Shown: piece after piece, positions 27,540 through 36,088 of the stretch
How the letters are laid out: every line of letters begins with the position of its first letter
Numbering within the stretch: position 1 is the stretch's first letter
From: a candidate division WOR-3 bacterium
Lineage (GTDB): Bacteria > Hydrothermota > Tepidihabitantia > SM23-42
Direction of reading: 5' to 3'
Length of the DNA: 64,000 bases
Assembly (NCBI GenBank): GCA_029858255.1
Contig: JAOUFJ010000004.1
Span: 30,936-94,935, forward strand
Position numbers and translations under genes: made by a program
The notes under the pieces: model-generated
What the model was told of the DNA's origin: nothing
Databases searched by the model: none
The model's input: only the letters and a program-made list of their open reading frames with translations

Positions 27540-28777
27540 TGCTCCTTATCGAGTGCTAACGTACCCAGTAAGTAAGAAAATGTTGCCTGCTGCACGTAGT
27601 AATCGCTCAGCGCTGAGGAATACGAAACACGCGCATCGTAGACGGATTTCTCGGCAGTCAAGAAATCCAGAAATGACGTAACTCCCAATGCGTAACGCTC
27701 ACGGGAAATAACCGCAGCTTCATTTGCCGCATCGAGACTCTTTTTGGCGTACTGCAGTTTATCAAACGACTCACTTATTAAGTAGTATGTCGTGCGCAGC
27801 TGCTTCTCGGTTTCCAACTCTGCCCTGAGCTCGGCAAATTCGCTGCGTCTCAAATCATTCTTAGCATTCAAATATCTGAACACCAGATTTTTGATCTCGA
27901 ATATCGGGAAACTCACACTGATCCCGTAATTCTTCACCGCATTATCTCTGTAATATTGGAAATCAAATAGGAATGAATCACTGGTAACATTGTAGCCGTA
28001 AAAAAGAGAGATACGGGGTAAGAATGCGAGGTAAGAAGAAATAAGATTGATCTTCGAAAGGTCCTTCAGTTGCCTGGCGATACGCACTTCGTAGTTCACC
28101 GCACGTAGAATTTCCGTCAAGGAATCCAGGTCGGGCATATCGGTCAATTCCGGAGCAGCAAGCGTGTCGGTCGGGTAAATATATCCAGCCGTGCCCAATA
28201 TCGACCTGAGCTCTTCCTGTGCCGATATCTCCAGTGTTCTTGCCCTCGACCTGTCCTGCTGAGCATTGAGATAAAACACCTCACCCTGCAGCAGCTCGAG
28301 CCTTGATGCAGAACCCAGCTCGTACTTTGCCTGGACCAGATTCAGATTCTCCTGCGCCCTCTCGATCGTTATCTCCGAAGAGCTCAACAGTTCGAAAGCG
28401 TTGATCAGATTGTAGTATGCTGTTTTTATCCGGAGGATGAGGTTGGATATATCAACCTGGTGCTGTATGTTATTACCACCCAGTTCGCCACGCGCAACGA
28501 GAACTGAACTTATTATATCAAGGTCGAACAAGGGCATATTAATGCTCATCGCGCCGGTATAATCACTACTCGTGATGCTTTCAAACTCGCTCTTTGTATA
28601 TGTGCCAGTGACACTGATGGTTGGAAGGAGATTCGCAAGACTCTGGTAGAATTGAATGCGAGATTTATCAAGAGCAGCACGTGACTCGTGGTAGATCGGG
28701 CTGTTCTCGAAAGCAATATCGATTGCCTGCGACACCGACAGTGAATCGACCTGCAAGAATAGTGCTAAGATAATCAT
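27536..28777 (-). CDS. TolC-family outer membrane efflux protein
   Basis: Two-fold repeated long helical/beta pattern, 413 aa. First gene of the efflux operon. Confidence 0.75.
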   Translation of the reverse strand: MIILALFLQVDSLSVSQAIDIAFENSPIYHESRAALDKSRIQFYQSLANLLPTISVTGTYTKSEFESITSSDYTGAMSINMPLFDLDIISSVLVARGELGGNNIQHQVDISNLILRIKTAYYNLINAFELLSSSEITIERAQENLNLVQAKYELGSASRLELLQGEVFYLNAQQDRSRARTLEISAQEELRSILGTAGYIYPTDTLAAPELTDMPDLDSLTEILRAVNYEVRIARQLKDLSKINLISSYLAFLPRISLFYGYNVTSDSFLFDFQYYRDNAVKNYGISVSFPIFEIKNLVFRYLNAKNDLRRSEFAELRAELETEKQLRTTYYLISESFDKLQYAKKSLDAANEAAVISRERYALGVTSFLDFLTAEKSVYDARVSYSSALSDYYVQQATFSYLLGTLALDKEQ

Positions 28778-28807
28778 AATTGTATTAATTCAGACTACGG
28801 ATGGCGT

Positions 28808-29482
28808 CTACATCCCTCGGCCGAATATCTGTCCGAGTCCGATCCCGACAAATATCGACACCAACCAGATCACAAAGACGAGCACGTAGGCGTTTTTCTT
28901 GGCGATACCATTGGTGATACTGATGCCCATGCCGACCAATATCATCTCCCAGATAATGAAGAAGTCAAACCCGGCGAGCAATTGGTAGGTGAACGAGTCC
29001 CTCCCAAGGGCCGGAGCGAGAAGTGCAAGGGATGTCGTTACGTATGGCGATTTCGTAATCGCGATCATGATCAGTTTCAGGATCGCTGAGGGTACGACCA
29101 CCAATGATGAAAAGCATATGACCGAAAATATCTTCTTGAACCCGCTCTCGCCGCCGAAAAGGGGCACGAAGAGATTGGTCACGACGGTAAAAACAAGCAA
29201 TAGGATAACGGTAAAAAGCGCGGCACTGAGGGCGCCCGAAATTACGGCAACCGGGCCCGAAGTGAACTGTCTCGCCTGTTCCATTTGTTCCTCGGTCATG
29301 CCTCTTTCTCTCATCACCTCTTCCTGACGCATCGTTATTTCTTCCCGTGCGAGATTCACGGTCAGTACAGCAGTCAGCGCTACGATCACTAGAACGATCA
29401 CTAACGGCAGAACCCACTTGGTTTTTTCTTTCAATGCAGTGAATACCTTGCCCGGAGCAAAGTATATATCCAATATGCCCAT
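28808..29482 (-). CDS. Yip1-domain membrane protein
   Basis: Short cytoplasmic N-terminus followed by five TM segments, as in Yip1/DUF1282 proteins. SD GGAAAGGAG upstream. Confidence 0.55.
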   Translation of the reverse strand: MGILDIYFAPGKVFTALKEKTKWVLPLVIVLVIVALTAVLTVNLAREEITMRQEEVMRERGMTEEQMEQARQFTSGPVAVISGALSAALFTVILLLVFTVVTNLFVPLFGGESGFKKIFSVICFSSLVVVPSAILKLIMIAITKSPYVTTSLALLAPALGRDSFTYQLLAGFDFFIIWEMILVGMGISITNGIAKKNAYVLVFVIWLVSIFVGIGLGQIFGRGM

Positions 29483-29559
29483 TTTGTCTCCTTTCCAACT
29501 ACTTTATAGTACGTGTTAACAAGGGAATATGTTTCAGTAGAGAATTACTGAAATCCGCT

Positions 29560-29576
29560 CGTTACTATTAGTAACG
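29560..29576. promoter_or_regulatory. perfect 8-1-8 palindrome, candidate operator
   Basis: CGTTACTA-T-TAGTAACG in the divergent intergenic region between the Yip1 gene and the small membrane protein gene. Confidence 0.3.
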
Positions 29577-29669
29577 ATTTTACGCATAAATTTCGTGATG
29601 TCAACGGATTGCTCGGCATGGTATTGACACGACAGATCATATCAATATCCTTATTGTCGAGGAGGAAAT

Positions 29670-30020
29670 ATGGCTAATAAAAAGCGCCTGTTTATTGCCA
29701 CTGTATTCGGAGTGCTTTCCGGCATTGTTTGCTGGATTCTGGCGTCCTCTGAAGGACCCACTCCCTGGTTTTTCGCCCTTTCAACCATCCTCAGCCGCAC
29801 GCTTATTGGATTCGCTATCGGCATCAGTGTACTCAAGATCAGATGGTGGCTGCATGGCATAATCATGGGCTTTATCTTCAGCATTCCCATGGCCCTGCAG
29901 GGTTTTTATGTGCCAGGTAAAGAACTGTTCATTCTATTGGGAACGTTGATCATGGGTGTGATCTACGGTTTCTTTATCGAACTCTTTACGACCGTAGTCT
30001 TCAAGGCTGGAGCGAAATAG
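29670..30020 (+). CDS. small four-TM membrane protein, unknown function
   Basis: SD GAGGAGG 8 nt upstream. Hydrophobic 116-aa ORF. Confidence 0.5.
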   Translation: MANKKRLFIATVFGVLSGIVCWILASSEGPTPWFFALSTILSRTLIGFAIGISVLKIRWWLHGIIMGFIFSIPMALQGFYVPGKELFILLGTLIMGVIYGFFIELFTTVVFKAGAK

Positions 30021-30038
30021 CAAGGTAGAGTACGATAA

Positions 30039-30356
30039 TCAGTATTCACGGCTTCTGAGGCGCTTGACCAGAAGCTCTAGCTGACCAAGGACCTGCGCTA
30101 TCTTATTGTCCTTTATGAAATAGACCTTACCCTCGCGGAGATTCTCATAACGAACCAGATCGATCTCCCTTAGGTGCCTCAAGACCGTGCTGACCGTAGT
30201 GACTGAAAGCTTCAGCTTCACGGCTATGGCCGATGGAGTACAACCGCCCCGCATCAGAAGCTTGACAATCTGGTACGCTGTGGGATTACCCAGCACCCTG
30301 CAGATACGCGAACTCCGGTAATCGATTTCGGGTACTCTTCTCTTTTCGTTTCTCAT
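30039..30356 (-). CDS. ArsR/SmtB-family winged-helix transcriptional regulator
   Basis: HTH region RICRVLGNPTAYQIVKLLMRGGCTPSAIAVKLKLSVTTVSTVLRHLREIDLV. The ORF track extends to 30464, but the N-terminal 36 aa look non-native, so the start is taken at ATG 30356 (uncertain). Confidence 0.6.
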   Translation of the reverse strand: MRNEKRRVPEIDYRSSRICRVLGNPTAYQIVKLLMRGGCTPSAIAVKLKLSVTTVSTVLRHLREIDLVRYENLREGKVYFIKDNKIAQVLGQLELLVKRLRSREY

Positions 30357-30546
30357 CTTGTCTGTACATATATTACAAATTCCATCCATTACGTTACAAC
30401 AGTAAATTCGTGAATTCGCCAATTGGCGAATTCGGAAATTGCGAGTATACTTCAAATCACTCACAGTTCAGACACGTTTCAAAGACCATGTGAACAGACA
30501 TCATTGCGCCAAAGAAAACGGGTCAGTGGAACACACGCTATTTACG

Positions 30547-30574
30547 TTGAATTTCTGTTCGGGCTGTATATAAT
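30547..30574 (+). promoter_or_regulatory. sigma70-type promoter (TTGAAT-16-TATAAT), leaderless configuration
   Basis: TTGAAT 30547-30552, TATAAT 30569-30574, 6 nt to ATG 30581. Confidence 0.5.
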
Positions 30575-30580
30575 TACGCC

Positions 30581-31267
30581 ATGATCGGGACGATCGTAAA
30601 TACGGTACTCGTCATTGTGGGCAGTCTCCTGGGGTTGCTCCTGCGAAAGGGTATCCCTGAAAATTTCAGCAGGATGATCATGGTCGGGCTAGGCCTCTTC
30701 ACCTGCGTGTTGGGTGTGAAGATGGGTATCCAGATGGAACGGCCGCTCGTTGTCGTCTTGAGCCTGATACTTGGTGGTGTGTGCGGTGAACTATTACATG
30801 TCGAGGAATTCCTCGAGGGCATCGGCGAGAGACTGAAGCGGCTGGTCAAGAACCAGGGGGAAACATCATTTGCTCAGGGTTTTGTTTTTGCCAGCCTGCT
30901 TTTCTGTGTCGGTCCCATGACCATACTCGGGTCGATCCAGGCCGGGCTTCAGAACAAACCTGAATTGCTTTTTGTCAAATCACTGATGGATGGCGTGTCG
31001 TCGGTCATCCTCGCCTCGGCAATGGGTCTTGGCGTCATCTTCTCGGCAGTTACCGTGCTCGTGATCCAGGGCGGCCTGACATTGCTCGCCCAGCAGTTCA
31101 GTTTTCTTACCGACCCGGTCTACCTCAACGATTTTACCGGTGTCGGCGGCATCATGATCTTTGCCATCGGGCTTAAGCTGCTTGCTGTCAAAACCATCAA
31201 AGTCGGCAATCTACTGCCGGGTCTGGTTATTGTAATAATCCTCACTTTTATTGCTGGATTGATTTAG
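30581..31267 (+). CDS. DUF554-family membrane protein
   Basis: N-terminus MIGTIVNTVLVIVGSLLG and the overall polytopic pattern resemble YdfK/DUF554 proteins. Confidence 0.7.
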   Translation: MIGTIVNTVLVIVGSLLGLLLRKGIPENFSRMIMVGLGLFTCVLGVKMGIQMERPLVVVLSLILGGVCGELLHVEEFLEGIGERLKRLVKNQGETSFAQGFVFASLLFCVGPMTILGSIQAGLQNKPELLFVKSLMDGVSSVILASAMGLGVIFSAVTVLVIQGGLTLLAQQFSFLTDPVYLNDFTGVGGIMIFAIGLKLLAVKTIKVGNLLPGLVIVIILTFIAGLI

Positions 31268-31301
31268 CAGAAATACCAAAACCTCAGTATCCGAAATTTC
31301 C

Positions 31302-31330
31302 TTGACAGATCTCTTCGTAAAGGATATACT
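31302..31330 (+). promoter_or_regulatory. sigma70-type promoter of the riboswitch-btuB unit (TTGACA-17-TATACT)
   Basis: TTGACA 31302-31307, TATACT 31325-31330. Confidence 0.6.
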
Positions 31331-31495
31331 CAATCGGCTGGTGGATTCAAGGGAAGCGCCGTGAGAATCGGCCGCGGTCGCCGCCACTGTGATTCCATCT
31401 TTTCTCTGATCAACGAAAGCCACTGTTGCCGCACCCCAGGCGTGCGGACGGGAAGGCTGGTCAGGGCAGGATAAGCCAGGAGACCTATCCCCAGT
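31331..31495 (+). promoter_or_regulatory. cobalamin (B12) riboswitch
   Basis: GGTGGATTCAAGGGAAGCGCCGTGAGAATCGGC, GCCGCCACTGTGA, GAAAGCCACTG, GGGAAGGC and the B12 box AAGCCAGGAGACCT (31473-31486). Lies upstream of a TonB-dependent receptor. Confidence 0.85.
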
Positions 31496-31531
31496 CACAC
31501 GAAGATATACCTTCGGACGAAAGGAGGATGT

Positions 31532-33520
31532 ATGCTGCTTTTGTTATTATCACTGATGATCAGCCAAATCACGTATGAAATGGATGAGGTCGTGGTCACG
31601 GCGCACCGCTATCCTGCCCTCTTGAAGGACGTCACGGTTGCGGTCATGATCATAGAACGCGAGGAAATAGACAAGCTAAATGCCCTCAATCTTGGTGAAG
31701 TACTCAACGCTGCTGCCGGCATCGATTTCAAAGACTACGGAACAACTGGCGGGGTGACCAGCGTGTCCTTGCGCGGAGTGCCTTCCAATGGCACCCTGGT
31801 TCTCATCAACGGACAGCCGTTGAACGCCGTCACCAATGGCATGGCTGACCTTAGTATGATCGACATAAACACGGTCGAAAGAATAGAGATCGTCAAAGGA
31901 CCGGTTGCAAGTCTCTACGGCGCGAATGCGCTTGGCGGCGTCGTCAATATTATAACACACCGTGAACTGAGCAAACCAGACATCGCGATAAAGTTCACGC
32001 CTTCAACAACGGTAATAGACGATCCTCTTCACACAAAAGACATATCGATCAAACTTGGATTGCCGATACGGAAAACACAGTTTGACCTCAGTGGCAATTA
32101 CGGCAATTCTGATGGGCACAGGAGCAACAGCGATCTGACAAAATACCATATTACAGGCTCAATTGTTCACAAGGCCAGAAGCGCAGAATTGCGAGCGTTC
32201 ATAAACTACAGTGACAAAGAGTACGGCATTCCCGGACCTCTGCCATTTGTCGACAGCCTTCATCCAATGCCACAATTTGGCGACAGTACCGCAACCTCCC
32301 TTTTTGACCGGGAAATAGATCACTCGCTAATGGGGAATTTAGGTGCCGATTTGCAGGTTACTGACAACGTACGGTGGTACAGCAAGATTTTTGCAGACCG
32401 GAAGCATACTGTATTCAGCACTACTTACGGCGGGTGGTTGGGTGATACCATCAGCGAAAAATATGATTACCTGACTCACACGCTCGGCTTAAACACAATG
32501 CTGACAGTGCGCGCTGAGAAATTTGCTTTCGCGCTCGGTCTTGACGCCACTTATGATACCCTTCTCACGAATACTACTTCAACGCAGACCGGAGATACCG
32601 CCTGGCGTGCCAGTTCAAGCAACATAGGAGTGTGGACTGAACTGCAACTACACCTGACCGATGCGGTATCGGTTACGCCCAGCATCCGCTACGACCGCAA
32701 TTCGGCTTTCGGCGATTTCTTGTCACCCGGGATCGGTATTTCCTATATGCCGAACGAAATACTCTGGCTCAAGTTCTCGGCGGGGAAAACGTATCGCGCA
32801 CCGACCTTCAATGACCTATACTGGCCGCAATCCGGCAATCCCGACCTCGAACCAGAACACGGCTGGGCATATGAACTCCGTGCCGAGAGTTCGCCGCGAC
32901 CAAATCTTTTTGCGGCAGCGTCTCTCTTCCTGCGCAGCGTGAAGGACCGGATCGCATGGTTGCCCGAGGCCAATAACTTATGGCAGCCGCAGAACGTAAA
33001 TTTTCTGACGATAAGAGGTTTCGATCTGGAATTGAAGCATCAGATAGCCGATTTTGTCGAGCACAACCTTGAATTCACTTACTTGAATGCACGCCAGAAG
33101 AACGATGAGATCGTGTATGATTATTATGACTGGGTAGCAGATACTTCACTGACGATTTCCGAAGAGATCGAACGGTCAGCTGCCTTCACACCAGAGTACA
33201 GCGTGTCCTCAACGTTCAGTTTTACATTGCCAGGGGACTTCGGGCTCAGTATTTCGGGTCAGTATGCTTCACGTCGGATCAATTATTATGCAAATTATGA
33301 TGATTATCCGGCTGTGTACATGGATATGAAGACACTTGATGATTATTTGGTCGTCAATGCTGCGATCAGCAAAAAAATATTCAAAAATACTCGGCTGACT
33401 GTTGGTGTAAAAAATATGTTCAACAAAGAGTATTCGCTGCAATTTGGCAATGCAGTAGAAGACCGCGATTATCCTATGCCAGGGAGAGTTTATTTTGCTC
33501 AATTTAACGTAAAATATTGA
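31532..33520 (+). CDS. btuB: TonB-dependent receptor, BtuB-like cobalamin transporter
   Basis: SD AAAGGAGGA. TonB box DEVVVTA, plug motifs (GVTSVSLRG, RIEIVKGP), 22-strand barrel length, C-terminal aromatic residue. B12 riboswitch control. Confidence 0.8.
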   Translation: MLLLLLSLMISQITYEMDEVVVTAHRYPALLKDVTVAVMIIEREEIDKLNALNLGEVLNAAAGIDFKDYGTTGGVTSVSLRGVPSNGTLVLINGQPLNAVTNGMADLSMIDINTVERIEIVKGPVASLYGANALGGVVNIITHRELSKPDIAIKFTPSTTVIDDPLHTKDISIKLGLPIRKTQFDLSGNYGNSDGHRSNSDLTKYHITGSIVHKARSAELRAFINYSDKEYGIPGPLPFVDSLHPMPQFGDSTATSLFDREIDHSLMGNLGADLQVTDNVRWYSKIFADRKHTVFSTTYGGWLGDTISEKYDYLTHTLGLNTMLTVRAEKFAFALGLDATYDTLLTNTTSTQTGDTAWRASSSNIGVWTELQLHLTDAVSVTPSIRYDRNSAFGDFLSPGIGISYMPNEILWLKFSAGKTYRAPTFNDLYWPQSGNPDLEPEHGWAYELRAESSPRPNLFAAASLFLRSVKDRIAWLPEANNLWQPQNVNFLTIRGFDLELKHQIADFVEHNLEFTYLNARQKNDEIVYDYYDWVADTSLTISEEIERSAAFTPEYSVSSTFSFTLPGDFGLSISGQYASRRINYYANYDDYPAVYMDMKTLDDYLVVNAAISKKIFKNTRLTVGVKNMFNKEYSLQFGNAVEDRDYPMPGRVYFAQFNVKY

Positions 33521-33545
33521 CATAAATGTCCAGCGCGGCTATAAT
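33517..33545 (+). promoter_or_regulatory. perfect consensus sigma70 promoter of rnpB (TTGACA-17-TATAAT)
   Basis: TTGACA 33517-33522 overlaps the btuB stop. TATAAT 33540-33545. The RNA P1 helix starts at 33551. Confidence 0.7.
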
Positions 33546-33672
33546 TTCAAGTGGGGTAATCGGATAGCCGCTCCATGTGAGAGGAAAGTCCGGGCTTCAT
33601 AGGGCAGGATGCTTCCTAACTGGAAGCCGCGCACCTAAGGTGCGGGAGGAAAGTGCCACAGAAAATATACCG

Positions 33673-33883
33673 CCCAGCACCTTTGGTGACACATGAGATC
33701 GATAGAATGTGTCTGCACACGGAATGTTGACGTCCTTCAGAGAACCGGAGGCAGTAATCCGTTGAGAACACTACAAGCGATCTCATAAGAATGGCTGTAT
33801 GTCATGGCTTAATGCTTTGTCAAACCGCTGCATTTCTGATAAAGCAACAATGTACAGCTTGTTGTATCACCAAAGGTGCTGGG
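33673..33883 (+). repeat. expansion module copy 1 (extended P12), 211 nt
   Basis: Closed by the perfect 17-bp helix CCCAGCACCTTTGGTGA/TCACCAAAGGTGCTGGG. Shares conserved blocks with 33995-34205. Confidence 0.75.
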
Positions 33884-33994
33884 TAAGGGTGAAATGGCGA
33901 GGTAAGAGCTCACCACTCTGATGGTGACATCAGAGGTACGGCAAACCCCATCCGAAGCAAAACCAAGCAGTTCCAGTAGAGGCGGCCCGCCTTC

Positions 33995-34205
33995 CCCCGC
34001 ACCTGTGGCGGCATATGAGATCGATGCAACGAGTGCTTAGAGGAAACATATCCGTCCTTCAAAGAATTGGAGGAGGAATTCTCTTGAGTGTTCTACAAGC
34101 GATCTCAGAACAATGGCTGCATCTTGCACCTTTGAGTTTTATCAACTTGTTGAGTTAATGATACAGCAACAGCGTGCAGCTTGTTATGCCACCAAAGGTG
34201 CGGGG
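33995..34205 (+). repeat. expansion module copy 2 (between P17 and the 3' strand of P16), 211 nt
   Basis: Closed by CCCCGCACC/GGTGCGGGG. Shares ATGAGATCGAT, GTCCTTCA.AGAA..GGAGG, CTACAAGCGATCTCA, AATGGCTG, CAGCTTGTT and CACCAAAGGTGC with copy 1. Confidence 0.75.
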
Positions 34206-34308
34206 CTGGAACGGGTAGGTTGCGCAGAACCCGGCAGTGATGCCGGGACAAGAGAAATGGCTATCTATTACAGAACCCGGCTTATAGATTACCCCACATC
34301 TGAAGCAG

Positions 34309-34337
34309 TTGACAAATAGTAATCACATAAGTATTAT
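34309..34337 (+). promoter_or_regulatory. sigma70-type promoter upstream of recJ (TTGACA-17-TATTAT)
   Basis: TTGACA 34309-34314, TATTAT 34332-34337. About 50-nt leader to ATG 34394. Confidence 0.5.
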
Positions 34338-34393
34338 ATACAAAGGTTCTGTCAATCTTTCGGAACCGGATTTTCATTTCACTGCATGAATTC

Positions 34394-36088
34394 ATGACCA
34401 AATGGCAACCTAAGAATAATAATGCAGAGGCAACCGCCCTGCAGATCAGAGGCAAAAGCGTGCCGCGAGCAATAGTCCAGATCCTTCAGAACCGCGGTTA
34501 CCACACTCCACAGGCAATAGAGAAATTCTTTGCACCATCTCTTTCTGACCTTCACGATCCTTTCTTGCTGCAAGACATGGAAAAAGCGGTCACACGCATC
34601 ATGCGTGCAGTAGATAACAAAGAAAAAGTGCTGATCCACGGCGATTATGATACCGATGGGATAACCGCAACTGCTCTGATGGTCAGGAATCTAACAAAAT
34701 TGGGTTTACGCATCCAGCACTACATCCCCCACCGCCTGGAGGAAGGTTATGGCTTATCTTCAAGTGGTATCAACCATGCCATAGAAGAAAGGTGCACATT
34801 GATCATCACCGTCGACTGCGGCAGCGGCGCACTCAATGAAATCGCATATGCAAACGAGCACAAGATCGATGTCATTGTCTGCGACCACCATCAACCGAAG
34901 GACCGCTTGCCTGATGCACTGGCTCTCATAAACCCCAAACTTCCGGGCAGTAATTATCCTTTCAAGGAACTGGCAGGAGTCGGCGTCGCCTTCAAACTCC
35001 TGGCCGCGCTCCAACAAAAAATGGGCAGGCCAATGGAAGAATTACATGGCGACCTGGACCTTGTCGCGCTGGGAACTGTGGTAGACGTCGTTCCCCTGAT
35101 TGATGAAAACCGGGTTCTCGTGAAATACGGCATGAAAAGAATCCTGCACAGCCGGAAAAAAGGCATCCAGGCGTTATTGAAAGAAACGGGCATAAGCAAA
35201 GAATTGAATTCATACCATCTCAGTTTCATAATCGGCCCCCGCATAAATGCCTGCGGCCGGCTGCACGATGCAAAACTCGCTCTTGAGCTTCTGCTCACCG
35301 AAGACATGTCCCATGCGCTGAAGTTAGCGCACGGTCTCACGGTCGATAACGAGGAAAGAAAAAAAATCCAGGATGAAACGTATGCAAATGCCATTTCGAT
35401 CATGAAAGACACAAAGCGAGACAAGGACCGTATCATAGTGCTGGCTAATGATGATTGGCATGAAGGCGTGCTCGGTATCGTTGCATCAAGAATCGCCTCC
35501 GAGCATTTCCGCCCGACCATAATATTGACCCTGAAACAGGAAACGGCAAAAGGTTCGGCGCGCTCTATTCCGGGTTTCGATATCACCGGCGCAATCGGGA
35601 CTTGCTCTGAACTGCTTGTAAAGTACGGCGGACACGCTCAAGCTGCCGGGTTGGAATTGAAGCAGGATAATCTTGAACGCTTCAGAACCTGCATCAACGA
35701 GAATGCGCAGAATTTCGACAGTTCGGTTTTCGAAAAGCAGAGTTATTATGACATCAAGCTCGGGTTGGATGAAATAACAAACGAACTGGTGTATTTCCTC
35801 AAATACTTTGAGCCGACCGGTATTGCCAACCCGCAGCCGGTTTTCCTTGGTGAAGATCTCGAGGTCGTCGGCGTACCGCGGGTGATCGGCACGAACCATT
35901 TGAAGATCGCCTTACGCCAGGGGAAAAAAGCATTTCCCGCCATCGCTTTCGAACGGGCTGAGGAAATTCTCGGTATCGAGATCGGCAAAACAAGGGTCAA
36001 TTGTCTTTACTCACTAGCCGAGGATTCTTACCTCGGCAAGAGAAAGACAAGCCTGAAGATAAAGGACCTGGAGAAGATAGTGTCATGA
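34394..36088 (+). CDS. recJ: single-stranded-DNA-specific exonuclease RecJ
   Basis: DHH-family motifs HGDYDTDGITA, VDCGSG, VCDHHQP and DHHA1 GGHAQAAG. Confidence 0.9.
   Translation: MTKWQPKNNNAEATALQIRGKSVPRAIVQILQNRGYHTPQAIEKFFAPSLSDLHDPFLLQDMEKAVTRIMRAVDNKEKVLIHGDYDTDGITATALMVRNLTKLGLRIQHYIPHRLEEGYGLSSSGINHAIEERCTLIITVDCGSGALNEIAYANEHKIDVIVCDHHQPKDRLPDALALINPKLPGSNYPFKELAGVGVAFKLLAALQQKMGRPMEELHGDLDLVALGTVVDVVPLIDENRVLVKYGMKRILHSRKKGIQALLKETGISKELNSYHLSFIIGPRINACGRLHDAKLALELLLTEDMSHALKLAHGLTVDNEERKKIQDETYANAISIMKDTKRDKDRIIVLANDDWHEGVLGIVASRIASEHFRPTIILTLKQETAKGSARSIPGFDITGAIGTCSELLVKYGGHAQAAGLELKQDNLERFRTCINENAQNFDSSVFEKQSYYDIKLGLDEITNELVYFLKYFEPTGIANPQPVFLGEDLEVVGVPRVIGTNHLKIALRQGKKAFPAIAFERAEEILGIEIGKTRVNCLYSLAEDSYLGKRKTSLKIKDLEKIVS

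Larger units (their letters stand above)
33551..34297 (+). ncRNA. rnpB: RNase P RNA (bacterial type A core) with two large expansions, 747 nt
   Basis: P1 GTGGGGTAATC/GATTACCCCAC. GAGGAAAGTCCGGGC 33581-33595. P8 GCTTCC-TAACT-GGAAGC. GTAAGGGTGAAA..GGTAAGAGC. P14 CTCTGAT-GGTGAC-ATCAGAG. P17 with GCC loop. GGGTAGG. P18 CCCGGCA-GTGA-TGCCGGG. ACAGAACCCGGCTTAT 34270-34285. Confidence 0.85.

Noticed and set aside
31211-31498. 95-aa ORF on the minus strand.
   Set aside because: It is antisense to the cobalamin riboswitch and its promoter. Its Gly/Ala/Arg-rich composition is typical of a shadow frame.
34113-34319. 68-aa ORF on the plus strand.
   Set aside because: It lies entirely inside the RNase P RNA (expansion module 2 through P1). 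It has no SD or promoter of its own.
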